Shown here piece by piece: positions 54,370 to 60,863 of a DNA stretch of 64,000 nt; positions within the stretch are counted from its first letter, which is position 1, and every line of letters begins with the position of its first letter. The notes under the pieces are model-generated. The model saw nothing but the letters and a program-made list of their open reading frames with translations, had not been told where the DNA came from and made no database searches. The stretch lies in assembly GCA_903919145.1 (NCBI GenBank), contig CAIXGW010000139.1, forward strand, positions 33,927 to 97,926, given 5' to 3'. Both the position numbers and the translations under genes were made by a program. Source of the stretch: an uncultured Myxococcales bacterium. Its GTDB lineage: Bacteria > Myxococcota_A > UBA9042.

Positions 54370-55151
54370 TCATCGTTCATGAATGTACGCCCATGCCCGC
54401 CGAGATGGGCGTGCCAACCGTGCATGTGGTGCCCGACGTCGCCGCGGCTGCCGGACCGTGGATCGCCAAAGCGGTGACCCAGGTGATCCAGCAGACCGGC
54501 CGCTGCCGGCTGGCCCTGGCCGGTGGTTCGACGCCTGGGCCGACCTATCGGTGGCTGCGCGACCACCTTGCCACCGAGCTCTACGGCCAGCTGTGGGTGA
54601 CCCTGACCGACGAGCGCGCGCTGCGCTATGACGCGCTGCCGCCCGAGCGCTGGGCTGAGCTGCCGGCCGACTCCAACCTGCGCCTGGTGATGGCCGAGTG
54701 GCTGGCCCACGTTGGCATGGACCCGCGGCGGATTCTGCCGCTGACCTTGGGTGGGGCGGCGGGGCCAGAGTGTGTGCGCTTTGGCCAAGAATTCATGCAG
54801 AAAATCGGCGGAGGCATCGACGTGGCCGTGCTGGGCGTCGGAGCCGATGGCCACATCGCGTCGCTGTTTCCCGGCCATCCGGCGCTGGACGTCCAGGACA
54901 TCTGCTTGGTGGTGCATGACAGCCCCAAGCCACCCGCGGAGCGCATCTCTCTGACAGGCATGGTGTTGCATGGCGCCAGCCACGTGGTGGTGCTGGCAGA
55001 GGGCAAGGCCAAGGCAGAGGTTTTGGGCGCCGTGTACCGCGGTGATCGCCAGCTGCCGGTCGGTCGGCTGCTGCCCCACCGCGACCTGCACTGGGTAGTA
55101 GACAGGGCGCTGGGCAAGGCGCTGGTGGCTGGCGAACTGGAGGATAGATGA
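54366..55151 (+). CDS. pgl: 6-phosphogluconolactonase
   Basis: LALAGGSTPGPTY ... VDVAVLGVGADGHIASLFPGHPAL is the 6PGL/glucosamine-6-P isomerase fold signature. ATG overlaps the zwf stop; its own stop overlaps the gnd ATG. Confidence 0.85.
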   Translation: MIIVHECTPMPAEMGVPTVHVVPDVAAAAGPWIAKAVTQVIQQTGRCRLALAGGSTPGPTYRWLRDHLATELYGQLWVTLTDERALRYDALPPERWAELPADSNLRLVMAEWLAHVGMDPRRILPLTLGGAAGPECVRFGQEFMQKIGGGIDVAVLGVGADGHIASLFPGHPALDVQDICLVVHDSPKPPAERISLTGMVLHGASHVVVLAEGKAKAEVLGAVYRGDRQLPVGRLLPHRDLHWVVDRALGKALVAGELEDR

Positions 55152-56563
55152 GCGAGATGGCGGACATTGGGGTGATTGGCTTGGGCGTGATGGGCGCAGC
55201 TCTGGCGCGCAACCTGAACAGCCGCGGCATGAAAGTGGCGGTGTGGAACTTGGAGGCCCCAGCGGCCGAACGCTTTATGAGCGATCACGGCGCCTTGGGA
55301 TTTGTCCGCGCCCACAGCCTGGCCGAGCTGGTGCAGCGGCTGCAGCCGCCGCGGGCGATCCTGCTGATGGTCACGGCCGGGCCGGCGGTGGATGCCGTGC
55401 TGGGCAGCTTGGCGCCGCACTTGCAGCTGGGCGACACCGTGGTCGACGGTGGCAACAGCCTATACACCGACACCCAGCGCCGCGACACCTGGTGCCGCGA
55501 CCACGGCTTTTCTTTTGTAGGCATGGGCGTTTCTGGCGGCGAGCAGGGCGCGCTGCTGGGCCCAGCCATGATGCCCGGCGGCGATCCCGCCAGCTGGACC
55601 CGTGTCGGGCCGCTGCTGGAGCGGGCCTGTGCGGTGTCAGACAGCGGCCCGTGCATCGCCTGGTGCGGCAGCGGCGGCGCCGGGCACTTTGTCAAAATGG
55701 TGCACAACGGCATTGAGTACGGTGACATGCAGCTGATTGCCGAGGCGTGGTCGCTGCTGCGCGCCGCCGGCCGCCGCCCCACCGCGATGGCAGAGCTGTT
55801 TGGCCACTGGAACCAAGGGGTGCTCAAGTCCTATCTCATGGAGATCACCAGCCAGATTGTCGACCGCCGCGACCCCAAGGGCATCGGCCCGCTGCTGGAC
55901 CAGATCGCCGACATCGCCGGCCAAAAAGGCACCGGGCGCTGGACCGCCGTGGAGGCCCTGCAGCTGGGCGTGCCGATTCCAACGCTGACCGCTGCGGTAG
56001 AAACCCGAGCATTGTCAGGTGATTCGGCAAGGGTCCCCCTGTCTTTGGCCTACGGGCCGCGGCCGCTACAGCCGCCCGACATTGCCGACCAGGACCTGGA
56101 GCAGGCTCTGCTGGCCTGCAAATTGGCCAGCTACAGTCAAGGCTTTCAGCTGCTCGCCGCTGCCAGTCGCAGCTATGGCTTTGGCACCGACCTGGCCAGC
56201 GTGGCGCGGATCTGGACGGCGGGCTGCATCATCCGCGCCGGGCTGCTGGAGGCGATTCGCCATGCCTTTGGCCGCGATCCGGCGCTGCCGGTGCTGGTGC
56301 TGGACCCAGAGATCGGCGCGCTGTGGGCCAACGCCCTGCCGGGGCTGCGGCGCACGGTGGCGCAGGCGGCGCTGGCTGGGGTGCCGGTGCCGGCGATGTC
56401 CGCGAGCTTGGCCTGGGCCGACGGGCTGTGCACCGCCCACGGCAGCGCAGCGCTGCTGCAAGCCCAGCGCGACTGGTTTGGCGCGCACACCTATCGGCGC
56501 CGCGACCAGCCCGACCAGCCCATTCACAGCGACTGGGCCGCCCTGCCGCGGGTCGAGGACTGA
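55148..56563 (+). CDS. gnd: 6-phosphogluconate dehydrogenase, decarboxylating
   Basis: ADIGVIGLGVMGAALARNLNSRGMKVAVWN (Rossmann), GMGVSGGEQGALLGPAMMPGG, HNGIEYGDMQLIAEAW; 471 aa. Confidence 0.9.
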   Translation: MSEMADIGVIGLGVMGAALARNLNSRGMKVAVWNLEAPAAERFMSDHGALGFVRAHSLAELVQRLQPPRAILLMVTAGPAVDAVLGSLAPHLQLGDTVVDGGNSLYTDTQRRDTWCRDHGFSFVGMGVSGGEQGALLGPAMMPGGDPASWTRVGPLLERACAVSDSGPCIAWCGSGGAGHFVKMVHNGIEYGDMQLIAEAWSLLRAAGRRPTAMAELFGHWNQGVLKSYLMEITSQIVDRRDPKGIGPLLDQIADIAGQKGTGRWTAVEALQLGVPIPTLTAAVETRALSGDSARVPLSLAYGPRPLQPPDIADQDLEQALLACKLASYSQGFQLLAAASRSYGFGTDLASVARIWTAGCIIRAGLLEAIRHAFGRDPALPVLVLDPEIGALWANALPGLRRTVAQAALAGVPVPAMSASLAWADGLCTAHGSAALLQAQRDWFGAHTYRRRDQPDQPIHSDWAALPRVED

Positions 56564-56601
56564 TAGGCCCGGGAGCCAGCTGCGGCCAGGCGCCTGCGGT
56601 G

Positions 56602-57831
56602 CTACAGCCTGACCGAAAAAGGCGAGGCGTGCGTCTGGCCCTGCCAGGCTGGCGCAGTGGCGTTGGTCACCACCCGGCCCAAGCGGGCCATGCCTTCTTC
56701 GATCGACGCCGGCTGGCAATTGGAAAAGTTCAGCCGCATGAAGTCGTAGTGCTTCTCATTGGCAAAGAAGCTGCTGCCCGGCACAAAGGCGACCTTGTCG
56801 GCAATGGCGTCGGCAAAGAGGTCTTCGGCGCGGATCTCATTGGGCAGCTGTAGCCACACAAACATGCCGCCGTCGGGGCGGGTCCAGTGGGTTCCCGCGG
56901 GCATGTGGCGGGCCAGGCTGGTGAGCATGGTGGTGCAGCGGTGGCCGTAGGTCTGGCGCAGGACCGTCAGATGACCTTCAAAATCAAAGGTCTGCAGCAG
57001 GCGATGCAGGGCCCGCTGCGACAGGCTGCTGGTGTGCAGGTCGCACGACTGCTTGGCCACCGCCATGGCGCGGATGACCTCGCGGGGGCCGTTGGCAAAA
57101 CCGATGCGCAGACCCGGCGCCAGCGTCTTGGAGAACGAGCTCAGCCGCAGCACCACGCCGTGGCCGTCCAGGGCTAGCAAGCTGGGCAGGTGTTCGCCGC
57201 GGAAGCGCAGCTCGCCGTAGGGATCGTCTTCGATAATGGCGATGCCGTGCTTGGTCGCGATCTCCAGCAGGCGAATGCGCCGCTCCAGGGTCAGCGTGGT
57301 GCCCTTGGGGTTTTGGAAACACGGAACCAGGTAGATCACCCGCACTTTCTCGCGCTCCACCAACGCCTCTAGCTGGTCCACGCACATGCCGTCGTCGTCG
57401 CTGGCCACCGAAGCAAAGCGGGCACCGTAGCCCTCAAAGGCTTGCAGCGCCGCCAGATAGCTGGGTTCTTCGACCGCCACCACCGTGCCCGGATCGATCA
57501 GGACCCGCGCCGCCAGATCGATGCCCTGCTGAGAACCACTTGTAATAAGAGTAGATTCGACATCGGTGGTGACGCCATGGCTGCGCAGCCGGTCGACCAG
57601 CCACGCGCGCAGGCCAGGCAGGCCCTCTGTGGTCGAGTACTGCAGCGCGGCTTTGCCTTCCTGGGCAAACACTTCGGCGTGAGCGGCGGCCATGGCTTCA
57701 ATCGGAAACAACTCTGGCGCCGGCAGGCCGCCGGCAAAAGACAGAATCTCTGGGTGCTCCGTGACCTTGAGAATCTCTCGGACCAAAGAGGGTTTGGCGC
57801 TCTGGGCCCGGTGCGATAGCGTCAGATTCAT
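56602..57831 (-). CDS. PLP-dependent aminotransferase (class I/II; 2-aminoadipate/aromatic aminotransferase-like), translationally coupled to upstream Lrp/AsnC regulator
   Basis: ATG 57831 overlaps the Lrp stop (ATGA). ...LSFAGGLPAPELFP..., LVPCFQNPKGTTLTLERR, LRLSSFSKTLAPGLRIGF (PLP-Lys region), 409 aa. The N-terminal extension of the ORF track is rejected. Confidence 0.8.
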   Translation of the reverse strand: MNLTLSHRAQSAKPSLVREILKVTEHPEILSFAGGLPAPELFPIEAMAAAHAEVFAQEGKAALQYSTTEGLPGLRAWLVDRLRSHGVTTDVESTLITSGSQQGIDLAARVLIDPGTVVAVEEPSYLAALQAFEGYGARFASVASDDDGMCVDQLEALVEREKVRVIYLVPCFQNPKGTTLTLERRIRLLEIATKHGIAIIEDDPYGELRFRGEHLPSLLALDGHGVVLRLSSFSKTLAPGLRIGFANGPREVIRAMAVAKQSCDLHTSSLSQRALHRLLQTFDFEGHLTVLRQTYGHRCTTMLTSLARHMPAGTHWTRPDGGMFVWLQLPNEIRAEDLFADAIADKVAFVPGSSFFANEKHYDFMRLNFSNCQPASIEEGMARLGRVVTNATAPAWQGQTHASPFSVRL

Positions 57832-58304
57832 TTGGATCTCCAATGAGCGGTTTCCGGGGCAACTCGGACCAAAGTCTCCTCCTTGACGGATCGGAGCACA
57901 ATGGTGGTGTGGGTCGAGGTGACGCCGGGCAGCAGCCGCAGGGCGCCGACCAGCAATTCGTCCAGGGTGGTGGGGCTGGTGGTCTTGACCTTGAGAAGGT
58001 ATGAATCCTCGCCAGCGACCCGGTGGCACTCCAGCACTTCATCCATGGCGCCAATGGCAGTCGCAAAGTCGTCAAAGTAGCGCGGATGGTCGATGGACAC
58101 GGCCACAAAGGCGGTGATCTCTTTGCCCAGCATCACCGCGTCGACCTTGGCGGCGTAACCGCGGATCGCCCCGCGCTCCTCCAGCTTGCGGATTCTCTCG
58201 GCCACGGATGGCTGCGAAAGGCCGACCTCGCGCGCCAATTCCTGTTGGGTGGCGCGGCCTTCTTGCTGCAGTCTCTCTAGGATGTGGGTGTCAATCGCGT
58301 CCAT
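57828..58304 (-). CDS. Lrp/AsnC-family transcriptional regulator
   Basis: MDAIDTHILERLQQEGRATQQELAREVGLSQPSVAERIRKLEERGAIRGY (HTH) + RAM domain ...AFVAVSI...ECHRVAGEDSYLLKV; 158 aa. No obvious SD. Confidence 0.85.
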   Translation of the reverse strand: MDAIDTHILERLQQEGRATQQELAREVGLSQPSVAERIRKLEERGAIRGYAAKVDAVMLGKEITAFVAVSIDHPRYFDDFATAIGAMDEVLECHRVAGEDSYLLKVKTTSPTTLDELLVGALRLLPGVTSTHTTIVLRSVKEETLVRVAPETAHWRSK

Positions 58305-58419
58305 ATTGCCAATGTACTATCGTCAACAGGGCCCGTCCAGCTATAAATGATAGTGTGGTGACGACAGCGCGAGCCCTCTGCGCACTCTGGGGGTGGGCCC
58401 GCGGAGGTTGGCAAGCACC

Positions 58420-58585
58420 CCCCACGGCAAGTTCTTTTCCGGTTCCGGAACGGGGGTGGGTTGGGGTACGGAACAAGGCCCAGCAGTAGGACCCAGGACC
58501 TGTGAACATCAACCGGGTGTAACGCGGGTTGCAGGAACGGTCTTGGGTACCGGCTTGCCTTGGGGCCCCAGGATCGCCAAGCTGC
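58420..58585 (-). repeat. Copy B (inverted) of the ~150 nt conserved intergenic element (copy A at 13522-13665); lies in the divergent region between the Lrp/AsnC gene and the radical SAM/SPASM gene
   Basis: Reverse complement aligns to copy A at about 80% identity. Contains GGTTCCGGAACGG (same GTTCCGGAAC palindrome) and a possible enclosing stem GGCAAGC...GCTTGCC. Ends ~10 nt before the GAGGAA SD of the radical SAM gene. Confidence 0.6.
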
Positions 58586-58593
58586 AGGTCCTG

Positions 58594-60000
58594 AGGAACG
58601 CCATGGACGCCATCGACCACTCCCTTGCTTCTGCCGGCTGCGCGCCCTTGCCGCCACTGCTGCCCTTGGTCGATCAGAAGCGCCAGCTGGTGACGGCCGC
58701 TTTGCGCGCCCTGCTGGGGCTGCCGGACCACGTGCCGCTGCAATGGCGCGACCAGGCGGCGGCGGCGGGGCTGGAGCGCGGGCCAGAGCCGGCCTGGTTC
58801 TATCTGCTGGAGATCGGCGCTGCGCCGCAGCAGCTGCAGCTTGAGCTGGCTTCGGCCGCCGGCCCTCAAGCGGCGTACTTTCGCGGCCAGCGGCTGACCC
58901 TGGGCCATCGCGCGCTGCCGGCGGAGGCGCAGGCGATCTGGCAAGCGCTGGTGCGGCGGGCCAGGGCCGTCGACAGCGGCGCCGCGCCAGGGGCCTTGCT
59001 CGACCAGCTGCAGCAGGCGCGCCGGGCCTATGCGCCCTACCACGGTCTTGACGATCAGGAGTTCCACAGCCTGTCTGGCACGGAAGCCTTGCTGCGCCTG
59101 GGTTTTCGCTGCAACCAGGACTGCAGCTTCTGCTGGCAAGGCAGAGAATGGCCCGAGCCCGACCTGCCGATCCTGCTGACCTGGTTGGACCAGCTGGCCG
59201 GCCTGGGGGCCCAGAGCCTGGTGCTGACCGGTGGCGAGCCGACGCTCTACCTGGACAAGCTGCGCGCCGTGGCCGATCGCGCCAGGCAGGTGCATGGATT
59301 GCGCGTCTACGTGCAGAGCAATGGCATCCGCCTGCGCCAGCCAGCGGTGCTGCAGGCCCTGCAAGCTGCGGAAGTCAGCGGCGTGCTGCTTAGCTATCAC
59401 AGCGCCGACGCACAGATTTCCGACGAGATGACCCGCGCGCCCGGCACCCATCGGTTGACCGAGCAGGGCATTGCGGCAGCGCTGAGGGCTGGGCTGGAGG
59501 TCGACCTCAACGTGGTGGTAGAGCGGCGCACTTTGCCCGGCCTGGTAGAGCGCTCGCTGCGGATTCTGCAGGAGTTTGTGCCGCTGCGCCGCCAGCCCTC
59601 GCAGCTGGGGGCCACCTTCTCCTTTCCCACCGACTACCGCGATCCCGCCATCTACGCCAAAGAAGTGGCGCCGCTGGATGAAGTCGGCCCCCTGCTGGCC
59701 CGCGCTCTGCAGCTGCTCAAGGGCGCCGGGGTGCGGGTCTCGCCGCTTGGGGGCTGTGGATTTCCGCTGTGTGTCCTGGCCACGGCGCCAGAGTGCATCG
59801 AGCTGGGGTGGATGAAAAAGCTGGCCCCAGAGCACCTGCGCAGTCGACAGCACCCGCCGGTGTGCGAGAGCTGTCAGCTGCGCGCTTGGTGCCTGGGGCC
59901 GCGCCGCGATTATCTGCAACACCACGGCAGTCGTGGGCTATTGCCCTTTGCGCGCGTGCCGCCGGAAATTGGCGGGCAACTGCAGCGCGGTTCTGCGTGA
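58594..60000 (+). CDS. Radical SAM enzyme with C-terminal SPASM/twitch-like Cys cluster and an unrecognised ~185 aa N-terminal domain
   Basis: ATG 58594 preceded by CTGAGGAACGCC. Radical SAM cluster motif CNQDCSFC at ~aa 188; GGEPTLY glycine-rich SAM motif. C-terminal cysteines GGCGFPLC ... APEC ... VCESCQLRAWC. The 5' extension of the ORF track (58393-) covers repeat copy B and is rejected. Confidence 0.75.
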   Translation, partial: RNAMDAIDHSLASAGCAPLPPLLPLVDQKRQLVTAALRALLGLPDHVPLQWRDQAAAAGLERGPEPAWFYLLEIGAAPQQLQLELASAAGPQAAYFRGQRLTLGHRALPAEAQAIWQALVRRARAVDSGAAPGALLDQLQQARRAYAPYHGLDDQEFHSLSGTEALLRLGFRCNQDCSFCWQGREWPEPDLPILLTWLDQLAGLGAQSLVLTGGEPTLYLDKLRAVADRARQVHGLRVYVQSNGIRLRQPAVLQALQAAEVSGVLLSYHSADAQISDEMTRAPGTHRLTEQGIAAALRAGLEVDLNVVVERRTLPGLVERSLRILQEFVPLRRQPSQLGATFSFPTDYRDPAIYAKEVAPLDEVGPLLARALQLLKGAGVRVSPLGGCGFPLCVLATAPECIELGWMKKLAPEHLRSRQHPPVCESCQLRAWCLGPRRDYLQHHGSRGLLPFARVPPEIGGQLQRGSA

Positions 60001-60028
60001 GACGGCAAACCATCGCGGTTTCGGGCCG

Positions 60029-60060
60029 GGAGCCTGTCTGAACTGTGCCCTACAGGCTCC
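60029..60060. terminator. Hairpin with perfect 9 bp stem GGAGCCTGT-(14 nt)-ACAGGCTCC between convergent radical SAM and hsp20 genes; possible bidirectional terminator (no U-tract)
   Basis: Read directly from sequence at 60029-60060; immediately followed by the 18 bp tandem repeat array. Confidence 0.3.
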
Positions 60061-60063
60061 GAG

Positions 60064-60127
60064 ATCACTGTCTTGGCTCAGGTCACTGTCTTGGCTCAGG
60101 TCACTGTCTTGGCTCTGGTCACTGGCC
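60064..60127. repeat. Tandem direct repeat, 3.5 x 18 bp (GTCACTGTCTTGGCTCAG), in the 67 nt gap between the radical SAM stop and the hsp20 stop
   Basis: ATCACTGTCTTGGCTCAG / GTCACTGTCTTGGCTCAG / GTCACTGTCTTGGCTCTG / GTCACTGGCC, read directly. Confidence 0.9.
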
Positions 60128-60131
60128 CGCC

Positions 60132-60572
60132 TCAGTTCATGGCCTTGATGGTGACCTTGCGCGGCTGAGCCTCGGCCTTCTTGGGCAGCTCGATGCGCAG
60201 CACGCCGTCTTTGACCGTGGCCATGATGTGGTCGGCCTGCACGTTGTTGGGCAGGGTGAACGACCGCGTGAAGGAGCCGTAGCTGCGCTCGATGCGGTGG
60301 TAGCTGTCTTTCTTCTCTTCTTTCTCAAGCTTGCGCTCGCCGCTGACCGTCAGCGTCTGGGCTTCGACATCGATGTGCATGTCGTCGAGCTTGACCTCGG
60401 GCAGGTCGAACTTGAGCGTGTACTTGTCGGTGTCTTCGTAGATGTCCACAGTGGGTTGAAACTGCTTGACCTGCGCGCCGCGGTAGCCTTCGGTGCGAGT
60501 GTCGAGCATCTTCTGCAGCTCGCCTTGCAGGGTGTCAATGTCAGACCAGGGGTTCCAGCGCATCAGAGTCAT
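60132..60572 (-). CDS. Small heat-shock protein, Hsp20/alpha-crystallin family
   Basis: ATG 60572 preceded by CCGGAGGATGAG. Alpha-crystallin domain ...FQPTVDIYEDTDKYTLKFDLPEVKLDDMHIDVEAQTLTVSGERK...SYGSFTRSFTLPNNVQADHIMATVKDGVLRIELPK; 146 aa. Confidence 0.9.
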   Translation of the reverse strand: MTLMRWNPWSDIDTLQGELQKMLDTRTEGYRGAQVKQFQPTVDIYEDTDKYTLKFDLPEVKLDDMHIDVEAQTLTVSGERKLEKEEKKDSYHRIERSYGSFTRSFTLPNNVQADHIMATVKDGVLRIELPKKAEAQPRKVTIKAMN

Positions 60573-60796
60573 CTCATCCTCCGGTTGGGCGGCCAGCTCA
60601 CTTGGGCGGACCGCCATGGTTCCACAGGTAGAACGGCTGCCGGCTTCCAACCGCAGGGCCCGCTGACCGTTCGACGTGGAGATAGGCAAGGACGGTTTGA
60701 TCGGAAGTCAAGGGGTATTCGTATTGAATATCAAGCCGTTGTGAGAGGGTCTGGCTGAACCTATCAAGTAAATCCGTCGCTCGCTGGCCGTCAAGG

Positions 60797-60806
60797 GGCA
60801 ATTGCC
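60797..60806. promoter_or_regulatory. Perfect 10 bp palindrome GGCAATTGCC 58 nt upstream of glgP (same motif as upstream of zwf); overlaps a second inverted repeat TTGCC-N7-GGCAA
   Basis: Read directly: AAGGGGCAATTGCCAACCGCCGGCAACAGG, in the hsp20/glgP divergent intergenic region. Confidence 0.3.
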
Positions 60807-60863
60807 AACCGCCGGCAACAGGGCCACCATCAGGGACACTGTCTAGCAAACGCGGAGGGCGCA

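Noticed and set aside
60045-60758. ORF encoding (HCLGSG)3 repeat peptide as a real gene
   Set aside because: The frame has no stop for 237 codons and runs antisense through the well-supported hsp20 gene. It is kept only as a speculative note under the radical SAM finding.
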